From Mobula hypostoma (lineage: Eukaryota), in assembly GCF_963921235.1 (NCBI RefSeq), contig NC_086097.1, positions 249,552,001 to 249,616,000 of the forward strand: DNA of 64,000 nt, given 5' to 3'. Of this stretch, positions 12,788 to 26,099 are shown piece after piece. The first letter of the stretch is position 1, and every line of letters starts with the position of its first letter. Below the pieces are notes generated by a model that was not told the origin of the DNA, made no database searches, and was given only the letters and a program-made list of their open reading frames with translations. A program made the translations under genes and the position numbers.

Positions 12788-13335
12788 ATATAACCATATA
12801 ACAATCACAGCACGGAAACAGGCCATCTCGGCCCTTCTAGTCCATGCCGAACTCTTATCCTATCCTAGTCCCACTGACCTGCACTCAGCCCATAACCCTC
12901 CATTCCTTTCCTGTCCATATATCTATCCAATTTAACTTCAAACGACAACATTGAACCTGCCTCAACCATTTCTGCTGGAAGCTCGTTCCACACAGCTACC
13001 ACTCTCTGAGTAAAGAAGTTCCCCCTCATGTCACCCCTAAACTTTTGCCTTTTAACTCTCAACTCATGTCCTCTTGTTTGAATCTTCCCCACTCTCAATG
13101 GAAAAAGCCTATCCACATCAACTCTATCAATCCCCCTCATAATTTTAAACACCTCTATCAAGTCCCCCCTCAACCTTCTATGCTCCAAAGAATAAAGACC
13201 TAACTTGTTCAACCTTTCTCTGTAACTTAGGAGATGAAACCCAGGTAACATTCTAGTAAATCTTCTCTGTATTCTCTCTATTTTGTTGACATCTTTCCTA
13301 CAATTCGGTGACCAGAACTATATACAATACTATCT
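12788..13335 (-). mobile_element. CR1 LINE 3' end
   Basis: LSYRERLNKLGLYSLEHRRLRGDLIEVFK...TRGH...FFTQRVV..WNELP; tail tgttatatggttata. Confidence 0.88.
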
Positions 13336-13454
13336 ACAAGGGTGATGCATAATGGGAGAATGATCTTTGCTTTAGTTTTCTATAGCTGGAAAAAAGCCTC
13401 GGTGTAGGGCACATAAAATGAAGATTTAGCAATGCACTTTTAAGATGGCATTCT

Positions 13455-13835
13455 ATCTAGCTGTGCCTTCCTGACTGGTGAGATGTTGCGGGTCCGGGTT
13501 AGATTGTATATTATGTGCACACCAAGGAACTTTGTGCTCTTCATTCTCTCCACAGCAGAGCCACTGATGTGCATTGAAGAATGGAGCTGTGCCTTCCTGA
13601 AGTCCACAACTATCTCTTTTGTCTTGTCAACACTGAGACTGGGGTTGTTGTTCTCACACCATTTGACAAGCCTCGCTACCGACTCATCGTTGTTGCTTAT
13701 GAGGCCAACCACTGGAGGACCATCAGCGAACTGGATGATGCAGTTTGAGCTGAATCTGGTAGCGCACTCGTGAGTCAGCAGTGTTAACAACAGCAGACTG
13801 AGCACACAACCCTGAGGGGCAGCAGAGCTCAGTGT
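13455..13835 (-). mobile_element. Rex1/Babar-type RT fragment
   Basis: PQGCVLS...IIQFADG..VVGLISNNDES...KTKEIVVDFRK...KFLGVHI. Confidence 0.75.
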
Positions 13836-14149
13836 GCTGGAAAAAGCAAGTTATATAACGCTGGCACTGGAGAGGGTCCGGAGGAGGCTCATGAGAATTA
13901 TCCCAGGAATGAAAGGGTTAATACACGAGGAGCTTCTGATGGCTCTGGGCCTGTACTCACTGAAGCTCAGAAGAATGAGAGGGGATCTCATTGAAACCTA
14001 TCGAATATTGGAAGGCCTAGATTGTGTGGATGTAGAGAGACGTTTCCTATATTGGGGGAGTCTAGGACCAGAGGACACAGCCTCAGACTTGAGGGACGAC
14101 CATTTAGAACAGAAATGAAGAACAAATATTTAGACAGAGGGTGGTGAAC

Positions 14150-17100
14150 CTGTGCTCCTTTGATGCCCTAGTAAATCAAAAACCTATCAATCTCCACCTT
14201 TAGTTCACCCAATGTCTTGGCTTGCACGTCTGTCTGAAGACTGATACAAAATGCTTATTCAGCTCAGATGCCATTTCCTTGTCCCCCATTACTACCATTC
14301 CAGCATCATTTTCTAGCAATGCAATATCTACTCTTGCCTCTCTTTTACTATCTGAAGAAAATTTAGTGTCCTCTTTAATATTATTGGCTAGTTTAAATTT
14401 GTATCCATCTTTTCCTCTTTTATTACTTTTTAAGTTGCCTTCTGTGGTTTTTAAAAGCTTCTCAATCCTCAAACTTCCCACTAATTTTCGCTGTGTTGTA
14501 CTTTGACTTTTATGGAAGTTTTGACTTTTGTCAGCCACGGTTGTGTCATTGTGCTTTTAAAATACTTCTTCCTCTTTAGGATGTATATAACATGTGCCTT
14601 CCAAATTGCTCCCAGAAATTCCAGCCACTGCAGCTCTGCCATAATACCTGCTAGTATTCCTTTTCAATCAATCTTGGCCAGCTCCTCTCTCATGGTTCTG
14701 TAATTCCACTTTTATACTAATATATCTAACTTTAGCTTCTCCTTCTGAATTGCATGCTGAATTTGATCAATATGATCATTGCCTCCTCGGGGTTCCTTTA
14801 CCTTAAGCTCTCTAATCAATTCCGGTTCATTGCACAACATCCAATCCAGAATAGCTGACCCCTTAGTGGGCTCAACCATGAACTGCTATAAAAAGCCATC
14901 TCATAGACATTCTAGAAATTCCCCCTCTTGGGATCCCGCACCTACCTGATTTTCCCCAATCTACCTGCATACTGAAATTCCCCATGACGATCATAACATC
15001 ACCCTTTTGGCATGCATTTTTCATCTCCCATTGTAATTTGTAGACCAAATCGTCACTATTGTTTGGGGGTCTGTATATAACTCCCATCAGGGTCTTTTTT
15101 ACCCTTGCAGTTCCTCAAATCTACCCACAACGACTCACCCTCCGACCCATGTCATCTCTTTGTAACGATTTAAATTCATTTTTTTTTAAAACAACAGAAC
15201 CAAGCCACTTCTTCTGCTTACCTGCCTGTCCTTTTGATACAACGTGTATGCTTGGATGTTAAAGCTCCCAGCTATAACCTTCCGTCAGCCATGATTCAGT
15301 GATGTCCACATCATACATGCCAATCTGTAACTGTGCTTCAAGTTAATCTATCTTATTCCATACACTGCGTGCATTCAGATATAACACCTTCAGTCCTGCA
15401 TTCACCCTTTCTGATCTTGTCCACCATCTATGTTGCAACTCATCCTGTTGACTGCAATTTTCCCCTTTCATCAGCCTCCCCTTGCTAGCAGTCTCACCAC
15501 ACACCAACTCTGTCTGTGAACCAACTACCTCAACCTCAGCACTATCATTTTGATTCTCATCCCCCTAAAAAATTAGTTTAAACCCTCCTGAAAAGCTCTA
15601 GCAACCCTTGGCTTCAGGTGTAACCTATCCCTTTTGTACCTTCCCCAGAAGAGGTCACAACAATCCATAAATCTGACCCACGATCCCCTGCACCAGTTCC
15701 TCAGCCACGCACTCACCTGCCAAATCATGCTACTCTTACCCTCGCTGGCACGTGGCAATCTAGAGATTACTATAAAGGAACAGCAGTTATAATGGGTGAC
15801 TTCAATCTACATATAGATTGGGTGAACCAAATTGGTAAAGGTGCTGAGGAAGAGGATTTCTTGGAATGTATGCGGGATGGTTTTTTGAACCAACATGTCG
15901 AGGAACCAACTAGACAGCAGGCTATTCTAGACTGGGTATTCAGCAATGAGGAAGAGTTAATTAGCAATCTTCTCGTGAGAGGCCCCTTGGATAAGAGTGA
16001 CCATAATATGGGGGAATTCTTCATTAAGATGGAGAGTGACATAGTTAATTCAGAAACAATGGTTCTGAACTTAAAGAAGGGTAACTTTGAAGGTATGATA
16101 CGTGAATTAGCTAAGATAGACTGGCAAATGACACTTAAAGGGTTGACGGTGGATATGCAATGGCAAGCATTTAAAAATCGCATGGATGAACTACAACAAT
16201 TGTTCATCCCAGTTTGGCAAAAGAATAAATCAAGAAAGGTAGTGCACCCGTGGCTGACAAGGGAAATTAGGGATAGTATCAATTCCAAAGAAGAAACATA
16301 CAAATTAGCCAGAAAAAGCGGCTCACCTGAGGACTGGGAGAAATTCGGAGTTCAGCAGAGGAGGACAAAGGGCTTAATTAGGAAGGGGAAAAAAGATTAT
16401 GAGAGAAAACTGGCAGGGAACATAAAAACTGACTGTAAAAGCTTTTATAGATATGTGAAAAGAAAAAGATTGGTTAAGACAAATGTAGGTCCCCTACAGA
16501 CAGAAACAGGTGAATTGATTATGGGGAGCAAGAACATGGCAGACCAATTGAATAATTACTTTGGTTCTGTCTTCACTAAGGAGGACATAAATAATCTTCT
16601 GGAAATAGTAGGGGACAGAGGGTCCAGTGAGATGGAGGAACTGAGGGAAATACATGTTAGTAGGGAAGTGGTGTTAGGTAAATTGAAGGGATTAAAGGCA
16701 GATAAATCCCCAGGGCCAGATGGTCTGCATCCCAGAGTGCTTAAGGAAGTAGCCCAAGAAATAGTGGATGCATTAGTGATAATTTTTCAAAACTCTTTAG
16801 ATTCTGGACTCATTCCTGAGGATTGGAGAGTGGCTAATGTAACCCCACTTTTTAAAAAAGGAGGGAGAGAGAAACCGGGGAATTATAGACCGGTTAGCCT
16901 AACGTCAGTGGTGGGGAAACTGCTGGAGTCAGTTATCAAAGATGTGATAACAGCACATTTGGAAAGCGGTGAAATCATCGGAGAAAGTCAGCATGGATTT
17001 GTGAAAGGAAAATCATGTCTGACGAATCTCATAGAATTTTTTGAGGATGTAACTAGTAGAGTGGATAGGGGAGAACCAGTGGATGTGGTATATTTGGATT

Positions 17101-18590
17101 TTCAAAAGGCTTTTGACAAGGTCCCACACAGGAGATTAGTGTGCAAACTTAAAGCACATGGTATTGGGGGTAAGGTATTGATGTGGATAGAGAATTGGTT
17201 GGCAGACAGGAAGTAAAGAGTGGGAATAAACGGGACCTTTTCAGAATGGCAGGCAGTGACTAGTGGGGTACCACAAGGCTCAGTGCTGGGACCCCAGTTG
17301 TTTACAATATATATTAATGACTTGGATGAGGGAACTAAATGCAGCATCTCCAAGTTTGCGGATGACACAAAGCTGGGCGGCAGTGTTAGCTGTGAGGAGG
17401 ATGCTAAGTGGATGCAGGGTGACTTGGATAGGTTAGGTGAGTGGGCAAATTCATGGCAGATGCAATTTAATGTGGATAAATGTGAGGTTATCCACTTTGG
17501 TGGCAAACCAGGAAAACAGATTATTATCGGAATGGTGGCCAATTAGGAAAAGGGGAGGTGCAACGAGACCTGGGTGTCATTATACACCAGTCATTGAAAG
17601 TGGGCATGCAGGTACAGCAGGCGGTGAAAAAGGCGAATGGTATGCTGGCATTTATAGCAAGAGGATTCGAGTACAGGAGCAGGGAGGTACTACTGCAGTA
17701 GTACAAGGCCTTGGTGAGACCACACCTGGAGTATTGTGTGCAGTTTTGGTCCCCTAATCTGAGGAAAGACATCCTTGCCATTGAGGGAGTACAAAGAAGG
17801 TTCACCAGATTGATTCCTGGGATGGCAGGACTTTCATATGATGAAAGACTGGATTGACTACACTTATACTCATTGGAATTTAGAAGATTGAAGGGGGATC
17901 TTATTGAAACGTATAAAATCCTAAAGGGATTAGACAGGCTAGATGCAGGAAGATTGTTCCCGGTGTTGGGGAAGTCCAGAACGAGGGGTCACAGTTTGAG
18001 AATAAAGGGGAAGCCTTTTAGGACCGAGATTAGGAAAAACTTCTTCACACAGAGAGTGGTGAATCTGTGGAATCCTCTGCCACAGGAAACAGTTGAGGCC
18101 AGTTCATTGGCTATATTTAAGAGGGAGTTAGATATGGCCCTTGTGGCTAAAGGGATCAGGGGGTATGGAGGGAAGGCTGGTACAGGGTTCTGAGTTGGAT
18201 GATCAGCCATGATCATAATGCATGGCGGTGCAGGCTCAAAGGGCTGAATGGCCCACTCCTGCACCTATTTTCTATGTTTCTATCCTGGAGGTCCTGGTTT
18301 TCAGCTTTCGACCTAGCTCCAAAATCTCTCTTCAGGATCTTCTCACCTCTTCTACCTATGTCATTGGTGCCATTATGCACCAAGATTTACACCTGCTCAT
18401 CCTCCCCCTTTAGAATATTGTGGAACCAACCCAAGACATCCCTGACTTTGGCACCTGGGAAGCAACATGCCGCCTTCGGTGTCTCTATCACCCTCACAAA
18501 ACATTGCCTTTGTTCCTCTGGCTATGAATCTCCTATCACCACTGCAGTCCTCTTCAACACTCTGCTCTTATGAGCCACAGCACCAGACTC
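14150..18590 (-). mobile_element. Older CR1 LINE (ORF1 esterase, endonuclease, part of ORF2) split by a younger antisense CR1
   Basis: GVIYRPPN endonuclease motif; the ORF1 sequence agagattactat|cctggaggtcctg is continuous across 15773/18284. Confidence 0.75.
15774..18283 (+). mobile_element. Young 5'-truncated CR1 LINE ORF2 with (TTTCTATG) tail
   Basis: 474-aa ORF (MGDFN, SDHN, KSPGPDGLHPRVLKE, YLDFQKAFDKV), then KFADDTKL; few disablements; ctat at both junctions. Confidence 0.93.
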
Positions 18591-18841
18591 AGTGTACCCA
18601 TTTACGGGCATTAGAATGGATATACTAAACAAAAACGCAGATTCCAAAACAAGTTGAAAAAATCTTCTGAAACAGACTTTCTTACTATCCTGATCTCAGA
18701 AGTTACGTATAGAACTGGTCGGCAAAAACATCAAGCAGAACCAGGTAAACTCAGGAAACATGCATGCATTCCTATCAGTTGCTGTCAAGTGAATATGCCG
18801 GCACTTAATGTATTTATGCACATTTTAAAAACAAGATATTT

Positions 18842-19510
18842 GATTACATTATGAGGACACTCAGTCCTCGTTTATTGTCATTTAGAAATGCATGCATTAA
18901 AAAATGATACAATGTTCCTCCAGTAAGACATCACAGAAACACAAGACAGACCAAGACTAAAACTGACAAAAACCACATAATTATAATATATAGTTACAAC
19001 AGTGCAAAGCAATACCGTAATTTGATAAGAGCAGACCATGGGCACAGTAAAAAAAAAGTCTCAAAGTCCTGCTAGGCCCAACATCTCACACAGACAGTAG
19101 AAGGGAGAAACTCTCCCTGCCACGAGCTTCCAGTGCCGCAAACTTGCTGATGCAGCATCCTGGAAGCACCCAACCACAGTCCGACTCTGAGTCCGTCTGA
19201 AAACTTTGAGCCTCCGACCAGCCCTTCGACACTGAGCACCATTTCTGCCAAGCGCTTCGACCCTCACCCCGGCCGCCAAGCAACAGCCAAAGCCGAGGAT
19301 TCAGGGCCTTCCCCTCCGGAGATTTCGGAACACACAGTGGCAGCGGCAGCAAAGCAGGCATTTCGGAAGTTTCACCAGATGTTCCTCCGTGCTCTCATGT
19401 CTGCCTCCATCAAATCAGAATTGTGCACGGCCTCCTCCTTGACAGATAACAGATATTCATCACCGGAGAGGCCAAGCACGCTGCGTCGCGCCGCCACCTT
19501 CTCCTCCTCC
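18842..19510 (-). mobile_element. Apparently full-length (~670 bp) GC-rich non-autonomous retroelement
   Basis: 5' end gaggagaaggtggcggcgcg; 3' AATAAA plus (AATCT)-like tail; homologous to 3569-4053 and 53774-54310. Confidence 0.7.
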
Positions 19511-19718
19511 GAGAGTCATAGATGCATATCGGAACAGAAGTAAGCCATTTGGCCCATGGAGGCTGTTCTGCCATTCCATTATGAATTTTATTCCATATCC
19601 GTACTTGAACCTCTAACTTTTATTTATATATTTCTTTATACGTTGAATGTTGTTTTTTGTTGCATATCACATCCTGACCAACACACCAGAGCAAATTCCT
19701 AGCACATGTAAACACATA

Positions 19719-20542
19719 AGATAGATAGATAGATATACTTCATTAATCCCGAGGGAAATTTGGTTTTGTTACAGCCGCACCAACCAAGAATAGAGCGTAA
19801 ATATAGCAATACAAAACCCCCCAACAATCAAACAACAAAATGCAAACTATGCAAGATGGAAAATAAGTCCAGGACCAGTTTATTGGCTCAGGGTGTCTGA
19901 CCCTCCACAGAGGAGCTGCATGTTCGATGGCCACAAGCAGGAACGACCTCCCGTGCCGCCCAGTGTTGTATCTCGGTGGAATGTGGCCGAAGTCCAACAG
20001 TAAAAAGTTCAATATCCAGTCTGCAAACACGCTCCTCGATCGCAATATGCCCCGGATTGCACCATCTGTTGTTAACCAGATCAGTAAGCACCCAATTCCT
20101 TTACGCTTACCGCTCTCAGTGCACTTCCGGTCGGCCGGAACGGTATTACCCACTGAACTCCCCTTCTCCAAAAGTCTCTGTTGTCTCGACCCGGTCCTCT
20201 TTCCTCGGCTTTGTGATCCCCCTTTGCATCCTCTGTGTGTTTTCCTCCGGATTTCAGCAGGGGTGTCCGCCGTTCTGTTCGCTAAACTGGCCGGTATTTG
20301 CTGTTCCGTGGAATACACAATGCGACCTTGCTTCTGTCCCGCATGTCGGGATGTAACCATTTCCAGCGCTAAAGAAAACCCAAATAAAACTCTCTCTACC
20401 AGCATGTTAGAGAGGGTGCAGCTTCAACGTGTTACCGTGAGAAAAAAAAATACAAAAAATAACGTAAATTAAAAAGTAAGAAGAAGAAAGAATAGATCGG
20501 AATGGCTGTACCAGGCTGCATGCACGACCGGTGCATGCGCAC
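19719..20542 (-). mobile_element. Internally deleted Rex1/Babar LINE derivative with (ATCT)n tail
   Basis: 5' leader and endonuclease remnant (VNNRWCN...DIELFTVGLRP) fused directly to the C-terminal IPPRYNTGRHGRSF; same junction in the copy at 35585-36028. Confidence 0.75.
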
Positions 20543-21114
20543 TAAGCAAATATCTTTAAGGCTTGATAAAAAGAGATATCATTTAAGGTCATTGCTGATC
20601 TGATTATAAACTCAACTCTGCAACTAATACCTATTTGCAGTCACTTTTTGCTGGTTTGTTTATCAGATACCCACCAGCCTCTACCTAAGAAACGTTCACC
20701 AACTCTGCTTCCACAGCTCTGGACAAAGACTTCGAAAAAACTCAACCTCTTTTTTTGTCTTAAATTGGGGGCAGTTTATTTTGACCCTTAATTCTAAAGA
20801 AGTAACAGCTCTTCAAATCCATCTGTGAAGGTTGAGTCAAGGAGGTATATCTTAATCTGATGATAAATGGTGTTAGTGGATGCTCTGATTCAAATGTGGC
20901 AACTATTCTACAACTAGTTCAGAGGATTCTGAGAAATGGTCAAAGGGGAAAGGTGGAATCAATGAAGGCATAAACTATGTGGTGGCAACCAGATACAACA
21001 GTTTTAGCATTCACACCTTTAAATAAAGGAAAATGGATACCATTGTGAGGTGCCAGAGTCATCACAACACACTTTGGATGGAGCATCATATTGCTGGATC
21101 ATGTTAATACAAAT

Positions 21115-21560
21115 CCCACGAATGAAGGGGTTAATGTAGGAGGAGCATTTGATGACTCCGGGCTTGTACTTGCTGGAGTTCAGAAGAATGAGAAAAGATC
21201 TTCTTAAAACATATCAAATATTGGAAGGCCCTGTTAAAGTGGATGCAGAGAGGAAATTTCCTATAGTGGGTGAGTTTAGGTCCAGAAATCTCAGCTTCAA
21301 AATAGTGAGATGTCCATTTAGAACAAAGATGAGGAGGAATTTCTTTAACCAGAGAGTGGTGAACCTGTGGAATTCATTGCCACAGACATCTGCAGAGGCC
21401 AAGTCAATGAGTATATTTAAAGCAGTTTGGTAAGTTCTTGATTAGTAAGGGCATCAACGGTTACAGAGAGAAGGCAGGAGTATAGGGTTGAAAGGGAATC
21501 TAAATCAGCCAAGATTGAATGGCAGAGCAAAGTCAATGAGCCAAATAGCCTGATTCTGGT
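21115..21560 (+). mobile_element. CR1 LINE 3' end
   Basis: GLYLLEFRRMRKDL...RRNFFNQRVVNLWNSLP. Confidence 0.8.
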
Positions 21561-22354
21561 CGAAGTACTGTGTGGGGGAAGGGGTTAAGTGTACTTACAT
21601 GGGGTAGAGATTCAGGACAGGAGGAGAAGCCATTTCACAAAATCTTCTGATTATGACTGGTTATGGATAGGCAAAATTGGAAATGGATGTCATTAACAAT
21701 CGTGTCAGTGGGCGCAGCAAGGCCAGGAAAGACTAGGATGGAGCATGTCCATGATTGGTGACATTCAAACGGAATTGCAGTAGCATGCTTGAGGAACGGT
21801 TAAAAATGCACTGAGAGTTTCAGGGAACTAGAGGTTGAGTTTTATGAACTGCTTCTGAGACAGCAGCACTTATGGTCAGCTGTAACGGAACAGGGAGGCC
21901 AAGTTTGACAGTCAGCTAAGTGGGAACAAAGTCATTTTCTACTGGTACCAGTGAGTCACTTCCACATTGCTCCAAAGGACAACAGACAAGACATTCTTCC
22001 ATCCTGAAGAGATTGTAAACAAGTATAATTTCTGTTTTCTAATCACAAAATCTTCACATGCTCACAGATCAGGTGAGTGACAAGTTATCACTTACTAGAT
22101 TCAATCTCACATGAAAGTTGCTTCTTAGACCATCGCTATAATTAGCTTGCTACAGAAAAATCAAAATATAGCACTCTTGACAAACTTCATTAGGAAAGAT
22201 TGAGGTACAGGAGAAGAAAGAGATGACAGGGCAATTTAAGGAAGGTTAGATTCCAGAGAGACAAGATGTTTTAAGGTTGTGAAAAGTATGCAGAGGCTCA
22301 TAAACAGGGCACATAGGTCTGTGAGGCTGACATTCCAAGACACCTGGTGAATTT

Positions 22355-22985
22355 TATTTTATTTACTTATTTAGTGATACATCGCGGAATAGGCCCTTCT
22401 GGCCCTTCGAGCCATGCTACTCCAGCAAATCCACAACCCTGATTAACCCTAACCCTAACCATGGGACAATTTACAATGACCAATTAACCAAGCCGGGACA
22501 TCTTTGGACTGTGGGAGGAACCCAGAGGACCCCGAGAAAACCCACACATTCCACAGAGAGGACAAACAAAGACTCCCTACAGAAGGGCGCCAGAATCGAA
22601 CTCCAAATTCCAGAACACCCCGAGGTGTAATGGCGTCACACTAACCGCTGCGCCACCATAGCACCCAAAGATCAGCATCAACTTTCATATGAACATCAAA
22701 AGGTCGAAACAAAGAGTGAAATGCCAACACAGTCCCAGGATTGTGCTGAGGGCAGACTGCAAGAGTCACCACATATTCCGGTGCCAATATAGCACGCCCA
22801 CAACTTATTAACCCTAATTCATACGTCTTTGCAATGTGGCAGGACACTGGAGCACTCAAGAGGAAACACACTCTGTCATAGGGAGAGCATACAGGCTCTT
22901 CATAGGCAGCAATGGAAATTGAACCCCGACCGGTGATTGCTGGTTTTGTAAAGCAATTGCACTAACCACTATGCTGCTGTGTTGC
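22355..22985 (-). mobile_element. Two adjacent V-SINE/HE1-like SINE copies
   Basis: Head ggtggcgcagcggttagtg...gagttcgattc and core gtgggttttctcggggtcctctgggttcctcccacagtccaaagatg. Confidence 0.65.
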
Positions 22986-23179
22986 TCCAAGAACATGAGG
23001 AAGTCTCACAAAGTTCTACTAATTTACATGCATGTCAGAAGGGTGAGATGTTAAGGCTAATGTAACACAAGGGAGAAAATCAGAGTTACTGACGAGAAAA
23101 ACAGTAGATAACCATTGGCATATTATTTCAACTTCTATTAATTAAACAGCATTTGTATAAAGATTATCAAATGTCATAC

Positions 23180-23238
23180 CTGATCACAGACATCTCTGCA
23201 AATTGGATATTCTCTTGCTTGGTAACAACATGATGCTT
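23180..23238 (-). CDS. RECK: RECK coding exon 2 (59 nt; (E)ASCCYQAREYPICRDVCDQ, start of CC1 domain)
   Basis: Acceptor ttcttaattctacag and donor CAG|gtatga. The peptide matches mammalian RECK ALCCNHSKDNQMCRDVCEQ (CC-x8-C-x3-C spacing). The 59-nt length and phase 1-0 match the mammalian exon as I recall it. Confidence 0.95.
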
Positions 23239-23629
23239 CTGTAGAATTAAGAACAGAACATCAAATGTTAGGTTTTCATTATTTCTTCTTCAAGCTACAA
23301 CAGGCAGACACCAGGTTACTTAAGAGTTTCCTTTCTGAGAACTGTATGCAAGCCAGTTTTCCCACAAGTCAGAAATGTCTGCTTTCTAGTATCTACCCAT
23401 ATTGCATTGTTCTGCATACACTTCCAATAATACCTGCATTTCATTATTTACCCTAATACAATCCATACTTTAAGTAACAGAATGCACATTTTTTACCAAT
23501 TGATGATGAATAACAAAATATTTTATTACTGTTTTAAATTTATGGGCAAATATATAAAGTCAGATTTCCATAGGGCAAGTATTCCATAACCCAGAGAGAC
23601 CTGAAGCTGGTATTGTTCCTGTCGAATGC

Positions 23630-24265
23630 CATAACACCATAAGACATAGGAGCAGAATCAAGCCTGCTCTGCCATTCTACCATGGATGACTTATTATCCT
23701 TCTCAACCTCCATTCTCCTGCCTTCTCCACATAACTGCTGACACCCTTACTAATCAAGAATTTCTCAACCTCCATTTTAAATATACTCAATGACTTGGCT
23801 TCAACAGCCACATGTGGCAATGATTTCCACAGATTCACCACACTCTGTCTAAAGAAATTTCTGGCAACACACACAATGTCAGAGGAACTCAGTAGGCCAA
23901 TGAGCATCTACGGAAGAGTACAGTCAATGTTTCCAGCCAAGATCCTCCTTGTCACTGTTCTAAATGCATGTCCCTCTTTCTGTACTTCTATTCTGAGACT
24001 GTGCCCTCTGGTCCCATACTCATTATTGGAAACATCCTCTCCAAGTCCTGCCCATCTGAGCTTTTGAATATTCGGTAGGTTTCAATGAGATTCCCCTTCA
24101 TTCTTTTAAATTCCAGCAAGTACAGACTCATAGCTGTCAAACTCTCCTTGTACAGTAACCCGTTCATTCCTGGGGTCACTCATGTAAACCTGCTCTGGAT
24201 CCTCTCCAATGCCAGTGCATCATTTTCCAGAAAAGGTACCCAAAACTGTTCACGATACTCCAATT
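23630..24265 (-). mobile_element. CR1 LINE 3' end with a short Penelope-end insertion
   Basis: LYLLEFKRMKGNLIETY and RNFFRQSVVNLWKSLP peptides; tail tcttatggtgttatgg. Confidence 0.78.
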
Positions 24266-24529
24266 GGAGTTCAATTCCCATCACTGGCTGTAAGACATGC
24301 CCCTTTGACTGCATGAGTTTCCTGCAGGTGCTCTGGTTTGCTCACACATTCTAAAAGACAAAGTTAGTTGGGTTGAGTTGTTCTCCAACCTTGGCAATTT
24401 ACTTGCAAACATTTAATCACCAATTGTCTTTCCGAAGTGATGACCAATCAGCTGATTGATAAGTACATAAAGGCCATTCAGAGGTCGCACCCCAATTAAC
24501 AGTCATAGTTTCTATGACTAAAACTACTC

Positions 24530-24613
24530 CAGGGGTTCCAAACCTTTTCTATATCACAGACCAATACCATTAAGCCATGGTTCCCAACCTGGACCCCAGG
24601 TTGGAAACCCCTG
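24530..24613. mobile_element. 84-bp hAT MITE
   Basis: TIRs CAGGGGTTCCAAACC / GGTTGGAAACCCCTG; perfect 8-bp TSD aactactc (24522-24529, 24614-24621). Confidence 0.9.
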
Positions 24614-25559
24614 AACTACTCAGGTGTTTTTCCTTCTGATGCACATTAATCAAAGATCCCACCCAACCCAGACATTCTCTCTTCTCTCCAATCGGATGGA
24701 TTACCAGGCTCAAGAACAACTTCTATCCCAGCATTATCCAACTCCTGTAAGATAAGATGGACTTTTGGTCTCCTCTCATCACAATCATGCACTTTGTTTA
24801 CCTGCACTGTACTTTCTTGGTAGCTTTTATATCTTATTCTACATTGTTATTGTTTTGCCTCAATGTGTAGTGTTTTAATCTGTATAAACAATATACAAGA
24901 CAAGCTTTTCACCGTATGTTGATACATGTGACAGTAATAAATCAATACCAACACATTAACTTCAGTTTTACAGGATGCATTCAGTCAAAATCAGAATACC
25001 CACCACTGACATACATACAGTCTCGATGCAGGGTCTTGACCAGAAATGTTGCCAATTCCTCTCCCCTCCACACCCGTCCCTCCACCACCCCACACCCACT
25101 AGGTGCTCGATCTTCTGAGTTCCTCCAGCAGATTTTATTTTATCTGGAGATACAGCATGGAACCCTTGGAGTTACGCCACCAGCGACTCCTCAATTCAAC
25201 CTTTGCCTAATCACTGGCCAATTTACAATGACCAATTAACTTACCAGGTATGGAGACCGGAGCACCCAGAGGAAACCCACGGGAGGACACATAAACTCTT
25301 TACAGGGAACAGTGGGATTGAACTCCAATGCCCTAAGCTGTAATAGCATTGTGCTAACTGCTATGCTAGTTTGTTGTTTACATTTTATACTAATGTCCTT
25401 CAGCATGTTGGAGCATATTCTGGACTTGGGCTGTAGTGCAAAAATTTAACTTCAGCCACCGATCTTCAGATATGAATATTTAAAATGCCACTCTGGACAA
25501 TAGGCTCCTAAGAGCCGTGGACCACACTTAATTGGAAGACCAGACAATGCCAATTTAAC

Positions 25560-25820
25560 ACTCCCACACCAGCAGGCACAGGAAGAGCTTCTTCCCTGAG
25601 GCTGTGACCCTGCTGAACCTCACATCGCAGCGCTAAGCAGTACTGCACCCATATTGTCTCAGTTCTTTTATATTTGTGTGCTGTAGCATTTACTTTTTAT
25701 TTGCAGTTATTTTGTAAGTAACACTGTTCTTTGCATTTCTGGTTAGATACTAACTGCATTCATTGGCTTTGTATCTCTACTCGGCACAATGACAATAAAG
25801 TTGAATCTAATCTAATCTAC
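25560..25820 (+). mobile_element. Rex1/Babar-type LINE 3' end with (AATCT)n tail
   Basis: HTSRHRKSFFPEAVTLLN-like end, aataaag, aatctaatctaatct. Confidence 0.65.
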
Positions 25821-26099
25821 TTTGAGTGGCTATAGTGTGGTGATAAGGAGGTGGTGTGAAAGTTATATGTAATTCAAAGAAAGGATTGTAAATACATAGC
25901 AATATAGAATTGTCCTTTGATTTTTAGCATATAAAATGACACGTGATGCAGGGTGGAGCAGGCCTCTTCCTCTGCAAGTGTCTCAATATGATATCTGTGT
26001 CTCACTTTGTTGAATAAAAGACTACTTCATGCCCACCACCTACTTCTCTCCTGTGACTTTGTTCATGTTCCAACACAGCACACAATCTGCAAGTATGGC

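Noticed and set aside
22443..22460. ttaaccctaaccctaacc, telomere-like repeat
   Set aside because: Under three units and part of the SINE 3' region; similar text occurs in other SINE copies.
24501..24519. agtcatag-ttt-ctatgact hairpin next to the hAT MITE
   Set aside because: An 8-bp stem is expected by chance at this window size.
25836..26077. Possible short solo LTR (TG...CA, AATAAA)
   Set aside because: No matching TSD or second copy found in the window.
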